A stretch of DNA of 64,000 bases. It comes from Schizochytrium sp. TIO01 (Eukaryota > Protista > Bigyra: Labyrinthulomycetes). The position numbers and the translations under genes were made by a program. The notes under the pieces were generated by a model. The model saw only the letters and a list, made by a program, of their open reading frames with translations, made no database searches and had not been told where the DNA came from. Shown piece after piece: positions 43,231 to 55,800 of the stretch (the first letter of the stretch is position 1; every line of letters begins with the position of its first letter). The stretch is from positions 868,001 to 932,000 of the forward strand of contig SMSO01000032.1 of assembly GCA_004764695.1 (NCBI GenBank). The letters run 5' to 3'.

Positions 43231-46115
43231 GCTCAAGCGACAAAGGAAGTGAAGTGGCGTTTTGATGGAATGATGAGCGATAATAGTTGCAGCGAAATCG
43301 CCACAGGCCGAGCTCATTGCCGCTGCGCTCGAAGCTCTTCTTCGAACTGCAGCTTCAGTTGGTTGTTGCGGATGAAGCTTGGAAAGTAGATAGATGGTTT
43401 CCCATGCGCCCATCTGTCTCCACATCAATCGACACTGCAGAAGCAGCGACTCCCAGTTGAACGTTTTCTCTCCTCAAAGCAGGTTTGACGCAGAACAGAA
43501 CAGCACAGAACAGAACAGAACAGAAGAGTCGCAGAAGAAAGAAAAGAAGCCCAAGGAGCATAGTTCTCCTTCGCCTGACGCTTTCATTCGCCAGTTTCCG
43601 TCTCGAGCTTTCAACCTGAAACAGAACAGGCAGCGGTATCCACTCCATGCGGTAGAGAAGAAGGGGGCGCTGCTCGCCATCCCCCGCCTCCATCTCAGCC
43701 AGCGCCGCGGCCGCGTGCAGTATAGATCGATCTGATCTGACAGGCTGCCGACACCACAACAATACGAGCCATGCGGAACTCCAGCGGAACCCTCAGATTT
43801 ACCTTCCCTCGACGTGTTTTATTTGCCCAGCACACGCTCTCAACGACAAAGGAAAAGCACAGCAAACTTTCAAAGCAAAGCAAAGCAAAGCAAAACCAAA
43901 CAAAACAAACTCAGCACGAAAAGGTCCTCGCAGCCAGTGGCGGCTGTCTATTTCAGGGGAGTAGGGACTCCTATCTATCTCCCTCTGTTTTCAGCTGCAG
44001 ACTCCTGCGTTACGATACGCTGTGAGAGTCCTGGAAAGCAGAGCGCAGGTCTGGGCTGATCTGTTCTGTTCGTTCTGTTTTCTATTACGTTCTGTTCTGT
44101 TGTTGGAGCAAAGTAGGTTGCATGTAGGTAGGTAGGTATCTATCTATCTGCGTAGTGCGCTGACTAGTACGCTAACTAGTACGCTAACTGGCGGACAAGG
44201 TGTCTGCGTAGCGAGCATAGGGTCGCCTTTCCGCAGTCATGGAAAAAGAAGAGAGCAGAAGAGGTACAGGAAGAGAAGGCGAGACTTTCGGGTTTTCGAG
44301 GTACCTACCTGGACTTGCAGAGTAAGCATTAGTCCCGGTGCTAGCGATGTCTTCTTCGCTCGGCAGCTTTTGGAAACAAAAGTGCCAATGTTTCAAGTTA
44401 CTTGGTTGATTTTCTACTTTATCCTCATTCCATGAAATGAATGAACGAGTAAGTTGAGTTGAAAAAAAGCAAGAAAAAAGAATATGTATTCATTCCTGTT
44501 TGCTTGCTCCAAGTAAGTAAGTACTTATAAAAGCACTAGCTACTAGGCGGCCGCTAGGTTAGGCGCCCTTTCAATCAAGGTGGATTGATCTCCTCGCCTG
44601 GCTGGCTGCCTGGACGTCAGCCCTGATCTGCTGCAGGGCAGAGGATGGGAATTATCAGTTAGCGGTGTCCGGAGTGCCTTGGAACGAGCCGCGATCTTTT
44701 CACACGTCACACGCCCGACTCGGGGTGCTAATACGGCGCGTCTGGCTGGAGGCGCCTTCGCACTGTTGGGTTTGTTATTCATTTATCCTTTTCTCGCTAA
44801 AACTCTTTCTCCGCATGATAACTGCTGCTAACTGCAGAGAAGAAAAACGCATTCATTATCCAGGTGTTCCTTTTCTGTTTAATTTATCGTCTTTAAATAA
44901 ATGAATAAAATAATAAAAGTATATATGTATATACTGAGAGGTATTTTAGAAAAAGAGAATTTTATAGAAAAAAGAAAAGAAAAGAAAAGAAAAGAAAAGA
45001 AAGAAAAAGCACTTTCCGTCGATTAAAAAGAAATTAGAATCTCACTTGAAGGGCAAGGAGGAGTATATTCTCTCATGACTAAAGTTAAATTGGCACTAAT
45101 AGAGCACTTATCGATCGTAATTTTGGTTTGTTTGTTGAGAAATGAAATGTAAGAAACCTCAGAAGCATTGCAATGTAAGAAGGGTAAATTGGTGGTTGAG
45201 TCAGGAGATATCGAAGAGAAGTGACCCCGCCAATATGATACTGGACGGTGGGGTTGTATGATTGTGGAAAATCATTTCTCCCTTTAGCCTGAGCAATGCA
45301 GCCAACGAACCCCACTGTAAGAGCATCAGAATTATGTAATTACCTACGTCTTCTTCATCATTTTAGCACTCTTCTTATGGGATACTGAATTGAAAGCGGA
45401 GTCGTAATTATCAGCTTTACCTGTTCGCTGGGTCCTTGTTTATGAAACCAGCAACTTTATAATGCAATCATAGTAGGTAGTAATCGATGTAGTGCAATGT
45501 TCAAAAGCACCCATCACCATCACAGTCAGCACCATCAGAGCTGCCTTTGGGGAAACTCGTCAAATTCGTAAATTTGCAATGGCTACAAACTGAATTTTGG
45601 AATTTGCGCAGCATGCAGTGCTGCTTTGGCATATTCTCATGCTCCATTTTGTGATGGAGCTATTTGATTGTAAATCGGCGAATGCAGAAATCCCTGTTCT
45701 GTAAGCATATATAAAAAACGGAGATGTGGACCTTTGATGCTCATACTTGCAGTATCCTGTACGGCGCCTCAAAATCAAATCGTCGAATCGTTGCAAAGCA
45801 TTGTGAGGACTTTGACTCTGCACGTTGATAGAACGCTTGAGGCTTGTAGTTTCTCAGTTAAGACTTATTGCAAACTTGAAATTATCTGTGATTGGGCGAT
45901 TTTCTCAGTTCTGCTATGTTCTTGTAAGTCACAATGGCTTTATCCTACACATGAAGTCATCGTATGCTCGTAAAAGTCCTGCAACCAATAGTTCTGGTAG
46001 GAAAGCACTAGATTCTCGCGCAGCTTCAAATATCAATTGGAATTGCCTTCAATTTTAATATCCTAGACCAAATGTGAAATATTGTATTGTTGCAGAAACA
46101 TCACCAACCACCACC

Positions 46116-46153
<38 letters not shown>

Positions 46154-47930
46154 CAATAATAATAAAAAGATAAACAAATAAAAGAACTAAGATGCCGGAA
46201 ATGTGGGGGCTACTGACTTCATAGTTTCCTTTCAGAAGGCGCTGAAAACCATGTATTATGTGTGAATATGAAATTGTCTTCGTGTGTCTCCGTCTCCGTT
46301 GAGGGTAAACTCCATGTTTATATTGAGCGGTATGTGCTTGCTGACCAGCAAGTGAGCAAGGCAAGCAGGCCTCGCCAATCCCTAAATGTGCTTTTAGATC
46401 TCTCCTCATGAATCAGCAGGAGGCCTGATTTTGAGGTTTTTGTCCTATATTCACCTCTACTACTTATGATAGCCACAAGAGGAAAAGAAAAAGGAATAGA
46501 ACAAGAGACTGCAATATTGCATAAACAGAGTACCCTTCATTCGCTTCTCTCTTCTCGACCGCTCATTCTGTTGTCGAAAAGTGTATTAGTTTACGACTAA
46601 TATCATGAGATTTCTTCCTAGAAAGTTTCTCAACTTGAAACGACTTCTTCGATACACTTGCAAGCGTTAGCAAAATTAGACGATCACTATTAAATAATTT
46701 TTAAAATAAAAATAAAAATGTGAGCGCATTAATTGAAATAGGACAGCACTAAATTCTCCAGCTGTTAAAAGACATCCTCTTCATTCCTTTTTTCTGTATT
46801 TTTCTGTTGCGAAATTTAATTACATCGCCCCGCCGTATAACCGTATAATAGCAATACTGCTAATAGACTTAGCACGGTGGAGGAATAGATTTAACCATTG
46901 GAAGAAGGTCTCCACAATCTCTTTTTGATTTATTCATCTAGCAATTAGTCCTCAAAAGTTCCTACTAGTCAAACACCTAAACCGATTCTTTCGAAATATG
47001 GTACTTCTAATATTATTATCAGCTATAGTTATTCTTTTAAAGAAAAGAGGGAAAAAAAGAAGAGATAGAATAGCCACGATAGGCTTTTGATGGGTGAACG
47101 TGGCTTTTCATCATGAGGCGTCTACCTACCGCAGCGTGCCTAGATTTGCAGTCTGGCTGAGTTACATACCAGCGACACCTTTGAACTTCTAAGAAGTTTC
47201 AGAGTGGTGCATGTCTTTTATCTCTTCTTGCTTTGCAGCCATGATGATCGATGACCTGCGTGCTCGAGTCCTTGTCTGATCAACCAGCCACCTCTAATTT
47301 CCAGTTTTCGACCACGAATCGTTTTATTTCGAATAGATTAAAACCTTCCCTTCAATAGTATTCAAAATGAAGAGAACCTCACTTTCTTTCTCTTTTTCTT
47401 TTTTTCTGCATTAGTTTTTATTTTCGAAATGAGGTGTCCGTGTCCTTTGAATGTAAAGATTCTTTTTAAGATAAAGGACTATAGTTAGAAGTTCGTTTCT
47501 TTTGTTGATATTGATATCGAAGGGGGAAAAGAGTAAAGTAGAGTAAACATTGATTATCCGTAGGTGGGACCAGGCCTGTGCAGGAGAAATAAAAGAATGC
47601 AAAAGGACTTTTCCTCGAGAAGCCCTCACGAGGGATCCTTTCGATTTCGAGTCAAAACATCTCCGCTGCAGCTCATTACATTAGTAGTGGCACTGCTGCT
47701 CAACGTGGAAGCAAGCCCCAGCTGTTTGCGAGAGCAGCCTCAAGAAATCAGATTTTCCTTAAGGTTCCCTCAAACCTAATCTTTCAAGGAAGCGACCCTG
47801 AGCCTGAGTTGTTGTCCTCAGTCCAAACAAATCACTAAAATTCAATTCCCAGAGTCAGCCATTCGATCTTCAACAATTTGAAGACAAAGCTTTACTCTCT
47901 TCAAACCAGACAGAGATCTCTCCTCTCTCG

Positions 47931-47957
47931 TCAATCGATCAATCGATCAATCAATCG

Positions 47958-48006
<49 letters not shown>

Positions 48007-48014
48007 CCAACCAA
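47931..48014. repeat. (ATCA)n microsatellite with ATCG/ACCA variants
   Basis: Directly visible. Confidence 0.95.
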
Positions 48015-48188
48015 TTTGTCTTTTCCATCGATCTTTCCGCGTGGAATTAGGTACCTACCTTTTAGGAGTCCCTGACGAGTGGGGCTTTTGAAAGCACTCA
48101 TCCATCCATCCATCCATCCATTCAATCAGTTAGTCGATCAGCTTTGCTTTGGCGCAGGTTTCATTCTCTCTTGTCAAGTTCTCAAGTT

Positions 48189-48189
<1 letters not shown>

Positions 48190-48219
<30 letters not shown>

Positions 48220-48252
48220 AAGAAGAAGAAGAAGAAGAAGAAGAAGAAGAAG
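48190..48252. repeat. Perfect (AAG)21 microsatellite
   Basis: 63 bp of uninterrupted AAG. Confidence 0.97.
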
Positions 48253-48379
48253 ATCCGATTCCTGCCAGGGCCAGCAGGCGGATCCACGAGAAAGCGAGAG
48301 AGTAGAGCAGCCTCACGCACTACAAGCCAGCCCGAAGACGTAGGTCCTTCTGCGTTCCATAAACTCGTACCGCCTGCTC

Positions 48380-48412
<33 letters not shown>

Positions 48413-49144
48413 CAGGAGCGAGAACACATGTTGGCACAGGAAACAGAGAAGGTGGACCGCTTGTTCGCTTTTCTCTCTCGTCCTGGATTTCCTTTTTTCT
48501 TTTTTTCGAATTCAAGTTCTTTCTCTGCCGCCGTCTATCTCTATTGCCTCTCTCTCGTAGCTGTCTAAGAAGAGATTGAGGAAGGGTCAGCAATGAGCGC
48601 GAAGAAGAGGGGCTGTTGAAAGTTTTGCCGCGTGTTTGATGGATCGTAGTCGCGGAAAAGGAAGGGGAGAAATCAAAGAAAGCCTCGGTTGGAAGAGCAA
48701 AGCTGCGCACGTCCTGTTCGGGTGCTGGCCGAAGAAGCCAAGAGTCCGCAGACAGAGCGGCGCACTCTGCAGTGGAGAGAAGCGGGGAGGAAGAAGCTAC
48801 GGATGGGGGTGGATGGGTTGGCTATAACTGTATTGTTAGAATCGATGGTTTCTTCGAGGCCTTGGCAAGCAAGTTTCTCTAATTTTGATAAATCTAGCCC
48901 TCTTCATTTGAATTTTCAAGTTAGGCAACGATTCATTTTAATTGAAATTATGAAGCTACTTTTAAAAAATCAAACATAGAAAGGCGGTACAGAATCGTTA
49001 GCACTCATTTCTATCCAAGAAAAGGAAGAGTCGGAAACAACTAAGTAGGTACTCGCCCACGAAAGGGAAATAACAGAAACATGAAGAAGAAAAACAGAAA
49101 GAGAAGGAAAACAAGAAGAATGAATGGGTTGGTTGAATTGATCA

Positions 49145-49472
49145 GTGAGTGAGTGAGTGAGTAAGTGAGCGAGTGACTGACTGAATGAATGTTTGATTGA
49201 TTGATTGACTGAGTGAGTGAGTGGGTGAGTGGGTGAGTGAGTTAGTAAGAGACAGACAGACAGAGAGAGAGAGCGACACTCTCGTTTATAAATGAGTAAG
49301 AGGCAGAAACACTTGTTTCTGGCGGATTTCCTTTCAAATATTTCGAATTTTGATTCAAAAAATTAAAAATCTTTGGTAGTTCTTCCCTCCTCTTAATCAA
49401 GTCCTGATCTTCCGATATCGTGAGTGAGAGCTAAAGGATCCACCGTCTACTTTTTTTTAAGTGTTTTGCTGC

Positions 49473-49504
<32 letters not shown>

Positions 49505-49540
49505 ATGATAATGATAATGATGATGATAACGATGATGATA
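49145..49540. repeat. Compound microsatellites (GAGT, GATT, GACA, CTG, ATG)
   Basis: (GAGT)n about 49145-49240; (CTG)n(ATG)n about 49468-49540. Confidence 0.9.
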
Positions 49541-52341
49541 AGGATGCCATCCACGATACAAGCGGCCCAAAATGCTCGCGTAATTAGACCGTCTACTGCC
49601 TCTCAGAAGTAAAAGGGGCCGTTGGTTTAATAACGAGCTCCGCCAAACAGAGTGCGAGCAGAATCCTCTCTGCTCGGAAAGAGAAAAGAGAAAGCGAGGC
49701 TACGCTTGCAATGAATTATGAACTGACTCACACCTGGAGACTGACTATCTGCATGTCTATCTTATCTAACTTATTATACTGTCCCTCTGCCTTTGGAGAA
49801 GAGTTTAGTTGCGCGCGAGAGCTTTCAGGGAGAATGGTGCTGTCAACTAATTCTCCGACAAAGGTTCTCTTCTACAAGCAAGTAATTTGATGCACTTTCT
49901 TTCGTTCTTGCGAAAAGCAGGGCTCGGAAATGCGAATTGGCTTGGACCTCGGTCTCCAATGCTGCGAGAACGCGCTCAAATTGGAGCGAGTCTCGAAGTC
50001 CTCGCGGCTCTAACCACTTCGACGCGAAGACTTGGCTGAGCTCGAAGATGAATCAATCAATCAATCACCATCATAAGAAGAAGAAGAAGAGGCAAAGACA
50101 AACTCTCTCTCCAAGAGCGTGGCTTATCTTTCTTTCGAAGACCATGCCCAATCCTGGAAACCCATCGAAAAAGAAGACGGCATTCTAACAGCGGCGCTTA
50201 TCATCATGGCCCGCGCCACGGCGGCAATCGCTCCTCCCCGCTCGTGGTGTCCTTCACCCTCGCTGCTTTGTTTCCGTTTCTTCCTCTCACTGCTGCTGCT
50301 GCTGCTGCTGCTGCTGATGGTCCTCGAGTGACTTGCGGTTTCTTCCCGCCTTTGGTGGCAGCAGCCATACTCTTCAGGCCATCGAGCGAATTAAAAAAGG
50401 GCAAGTAAGCGCGCTTTTGAGGAAAGGCGCCTCGAGGCCTCCAGCACGAAGAGCTTCGTTCGTGGCTGCGTCCGAGTTTGTCCCAGACTGGCATGCACCC
50501 AACTAGCGAACTAACTAACTAACAAACTGAATAAACTTGGTTTGAAATTCAAGCAGTAAACTTAATTTAAAAAAATAAATCTTAAAAATAGATTATAAAA
50601 ACAACCAACTCGCTAAATAACGAGCTAGATCAATGCTGAGAACAGGCGAACTTGAGAGCATGAGTGAAGGAAGAGAAGCCGCTCTGAGACCAACTATCTC
50701 ACTCTGTCTGTACCTGTAAGCCGATTGGTATGGATGGGCTGAAAGTCAGTTCTGCATCGATCGACGGAGTTTTCGTGTAGATAAAAGAAGGAGGCAGAGC
50801 AGTTAATTGGCTCTATCGCATTCCATCCATTGCGACGCTGCGTCCATCGCACACAGAAGAGTGCATGCATGCATGCATCCATGGCATGGCATCGCATCGC
50901 GGCGCTTCGCGTGGCGTGGCGTGCGTGAGGTGGCGTTGCTCTCGGCAAGCCAGTGCCGGACGAGGCGAGACGAGACGTATTGACCTCGTCCAGGCAGTGC
51001 GCGTGGCACGCCACGGGGACGGCGAGGGATACGCCAGCGGCAAGAAAACATACAGAGGTACTATGCACATGAGGCCCGTGGCTGCTTCGTTTCCTTCTCA
51101 TTTTCCTTCTCTCTTTTGTTTCATTATTGTTAGTTTAATCCACCGTTGATATGCGGCGTAGTGGTACCGTTTTGGCTGAGTGGCACTTACTTACTCTGTC
51201 TAAGAATGTTTTTTAATTTAAATAGAATTATATAGATATAAATAACACATTTACAATAAGATGAAAAAACTATTAATCATAAAAAGGGTTTGATGGTAGA
51301 GTCTTCCAGCGGAGACTCACTCGACCTGTACCTTAACCAGATGTAGCTAACTATAGGCGGAAAAGGAAAAGGAGATGCTGAAGCTTCCATTTTAAGCACC
51401 ATCAGAGCAGGCAGACCGAATAACTCCGATGGCAGAATTCCCTCTCTCTTTATAAAGGAAGCATTGAGCTCGCAAGTGGCTCAGCGCAAAGCGAGGAAAC
51501 AGGATGCCAGCATCTATCTGTTGTAGTCCCTGCACTGCGATTTACTTACCGCTCATAACTCATGATACTGTAAGTTCTGCGCATACACTCGGCAAAAGGA
51601 GGAGGGGAAAGTAAACTTATTATTAAAGAAATAAAGAGAGGGAGGGAGGGTCTTCTTCTTCTTCTCCACGAACAGTGATCCACTCTTTCTAAAACAAACT
51701 ATATATTAAAACATCACTCTTTTCTCCCCTTTCATAACATAGCAGTGGTATGCAGAACTTCCTCCTGGAGTTAACTCAAACATGCGCAAGCATTAGCAGG
51801 GAAAGTACTCAAGGCGCTACAGCCGACTAACCCCACAAGTAGTAGCGCCAGCGGCGTTTGATCCGGCTGGAAAGCAAGACAGTTCAAATAGCTGGAGCAA
51901 ACAACTGACTTTCCTGAGGCCGTGATCTCTCCAGCGGCGGTTGGTCTCTCCATCTCTCTCCCTCTCTCTGTCTGTCTGTCTGTTTCTCTCGAGTCGAGTC
52001 TCCTGCGCTGCAGAGCGCCTTCTGCTCAAACGCGAGAGAGAAGCGACGGATGCAGCCATGGAGCGAGCGAGAGAAACAAGAAAGCTCTAGCTGGAAAGAG
52101 ACAGACACGACACGGGCTCCAGCACTTTGCAAACCGACCGATCCCTGTAAATGCGGTGTTGATTATACATGACGGTTGTAAAGAAAGAGAGGCGGCTTTT
52201 ACGAGCGGCACCCGCGAGTGCTTGTACTTTTGGGGCGCTTCGATCGTTTCTCTCCTCACCGAGTCTGCTCCAGCCGAGGCTTCCCCGACAGCGTGCGCCC
52301 TTCCCGCCTCGACAGTCGCGAAGCAGGCTGGGAAAGGAAGA

Positions 52342-52417
52342 AACGAACGAACGAACGAACGAATGAATGAATGAATGAATGAATGAATGAATGAATGAAT
52401 GAATGAATGAATGAATG
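52342..52417. repeat. (AACG)n(AATG)n compound microsatellite
   Basis: Directly visible. Confidence 0.95.
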
Positions 52418-52794
52418 GAGAGAGCGGAGAGGAAGAGGACGTCGAAAACCAATTAATTCTGCGCAGCGAATCGCAAAAACCGAGGATAAACGCAACTCCT
52501 CCCTCACCATCCAAGATATGTATGATGTGTGTGTATGTATGTACACAGTGTATCCTGGCTTTCCTTCCGCTCGAAAGTAGTAGCGCTTGGAAGGCATTCG
52601 CGGAGGAAGGACATCGGCACTTCTGGAACGCTGTGGAGCTCTAGGGAGATGCAAGACGACCCCTGCTGTGGCTTGGACGCAGCCTCTTTTCCAAGCGCTG
52701 TCTGTCTCCGTCTCTCTGCGTCTGCGTCTGTCTTCTCACGCAGCCAACGAACTGACTCCAGGACCGGCAGAGCAAACCAGAGCGAGCGAACGAT

Positions 52795-52828
<34 letters not shown>

Positions 52829-55800
52829 TTCTTTCATCTACCACAAAAGATAGCGAAGCTGCCCTATCTTTTTTGAACATTTTTGAGCACCGTCAGTGCG
52901 AAGTGAGGGACAATCCACGCCTCTCTCCTGCTCCACCTCTCATCGTGATGCGGAAAGGAAGAAGAGAGCTAATGGGCCTTCTTTCTGCTGCCGAGGAGCG
53001 TGTAGTCAGTTTTACTGTTCCAACATATGCTCTCGCTGCTGGAGACTTGGAGAAAACCGGGATCCTCGAGAGGGAGTACGCGATAAACTGGTGCTCGAGA
53101 TGCCTACTGGGTCAGAAAAGAGAAAGCTCCCGGCGAAAGGTTTCTTGGACGTGCCTCCATCTCAAGCTCGCTCTAAGTCCCTCTCTTCTTCATCCACGAA
53201 AGTATATGGACGACTACCGCTACGACTAGTGGTAGTTTCTGTTTTTTTGTTTTTGTTTTTTTAAAAGAAAACATTAGAGTTAACAAAAGTTAACATCCTA
53301 AAGAATATGAATGATCTATACTACTTTTTATTTTTTTAATATTTGGAAAAGCTTGAAACGAAAACAGCTTGTGTGGTAATTAATTATATACTGCTTTATA
53401 AACACATGCCCTGAGAAGCTGCTCACTTGCCTCCATTCTCTTCGCCGCATAGTGACAATGGCTTTGCCGTCAAACGAGATTCACGGCACCTCTCTAGCTA
53501 GCTAGAGAATTGATCAAAGCCATCCCACCGCCGCTTCTGGATAGCCTTTGGCGCTCATCATTTCATTTTCGCGTGCAGCGTCCATATTCCAACCGCGCGC
53601 TGCAGTAAGTTTCCGACTTTGGGATGATGTGATTCATGAAGGAAGCCGCCGCCTCCACTACCAGCACTCCAGCAACCTGTGACGATGATCCTGTATCTTT
53701 CTATGCTGCAATTACTGTGTAGACGGTACCTGGTTGCCGGGTAATACTCTTGCATTTATTCACTGGTTTATTCACTCATTCATTTGCTTGCTTCTGTTTG
53801 TTTGTTTGTTTGTTTGTTGTTTGATTACAATCCCATAGTTACTTTTGATGATCTTCTTCTTCTTCTTCTTCGAGGTTGCCCAAGCAAGCAAGCAAAACGC
53901 GGCCAGGCTCCTCGGAGCTGGCTCGGTCGGCGGGGCTCGCACGGTGGTTTTAGAGACGGCCAGCGACGGACTTTGCATGGGCTTGGCTTGCTTGCGTTCC
54001 CTCATTTCCGCGGGCCGGGTCACCTGGCGAATTCCCTGACAAGCTAGCTAGCTCTAGGGCACTTGGATCGACCTTCCATCGGGCGTATTGAATGCCTACC
54101 GACCACCAGGCATCGCCGGGAATGGAATGGAATCGCCCGCAGACACACGCACACACGCGCTCTCCTCTCCGTCTTAGGCTTTCTCTATTCCTATTCATTC
54201 TGCCGTTGTCTCTCTCTGGGACTCAAGAAAGACCGCCTCGAAGTCGAGCGCTAGTTAGTTTTCATGGAGCAAAGCGAAAAGCTTCAGGGCAAGTGGCAAG
54301 CTAGCTAGCTAGCTTCCACAATTTCACAAGAAGAAGCGCCTGCGAAGAGGTTAGGTTTGTTGCTGTGATAGCAGGCAGGGAAAACATCTGTGAGCAGGAA
54401 ATAAATAAAATGCAGCTTAGTGGATGGGAAAGCAGAATGTAGGAAATAGTGCGTGGTCGGTCTCCTCTGCTGTTAGTTATTTCCGCGCTCCGCAACACTG
54501 ACGAGGAGGTGCCTAGCTAGCCGGCTAGCTATCATCGCTAGCTAGTCGCTTCTCTTCAGTTTTTCATGGGTTCTTCTTCTCATTTCGAAGTTCCTCTCTT
54601 TCATTCTCTTGCGATTTCTCCGAGCCCTACTTCCAACTGCTCACCTGGCGTGTTTTCTCTAAACTCTTCACTTCGCTTGCTTCGAACCCCTAGTTTCCTA
54701 CAGCTCCCTCACAGGAAGGAAGACCTGTTTTAATTGCAATAAAAGTATTTTAAAACGGAAGGATATTATTATTTACATTTTTTAAAATAATAAAATAAAA
54801 TAAAAATTATGCAGTTTCCTGGAAGAAACCGCGGCACATTTGCCACGATAGATAAATTGCCATTTTCTCGATTACTTCTTCCTCTTGAATATGTATGTAA
54901 TATTTGGAAGGTAGGAAGAAAGGAAGAAAGGCTTAACAAAAACAAATTACTCCCTAATATGATATATTATTATAAAATTAAAGTTTAAAAGAGAGAGAGA
55001 TGCTAACTTCTTCATGGCTCTTCCATTCTAATCGTTTATTTCGTATTAACTGTTTCGCAGGCAAGCTCCTTTCGAAAATAAGAAGCAGCCCATCATTTAA
55101 ATTAAAAATAAACAAATGTGAAAGGAAAGATATAACTTGGTTACAGTGATAAGATGAACTCAAACAGGCTGAACTAAGATCAGTCACTTTCGAGGATTCC
55201 TTTCGAAAGGCTAGAAAAACGTATTGGGGTTGATTTTGCTTGTTTTCATCTAAGTACTTGCATATCTCTACCACGCTCTAGAGACTCCATTCAACTTGCA
55301 GTGCCTTGGCTTGTTGTCATATTCATCGCACAATTCCTAAACCCCAACTTTTGGAATGATAGGCACAGAACACTAATCAGAATCTCAGAAGCAGTCGTGC
55401 GGAATTCTCCAGAGCTCTATGCGTTCGTGTAAAGCGAGGACCATTGATTGTATTGATCGCACAGGACTATGTTATTTAAGGCGTCCACTGCTCCAGATGA
55501 TGATATCTCAGGACGCAAACAAACTATCGATGATCTTCTCGTCGCTATTATGTCAAACAAAGTGGGGGGAGCATCGTGATCAACGAAGATAACGAAGCAA
55601 ACGTCTACCAACACCTATAGCAAGACGTAGGACCTTTCTCAAAGAACTCGATCTTCCAGAGCGCAGGGCGGGAAGGTAGGTGTGTGCTCAATTTCCGCTG
55701 TTGTTGTCCTTAGTCGCAACGCGCATCATTGCTGTCCCGAAGTAAGAGCAAAGGGGGGGAACTTTTGTGGAAAAGAAGCATTTTAGTTCACACTGATTTG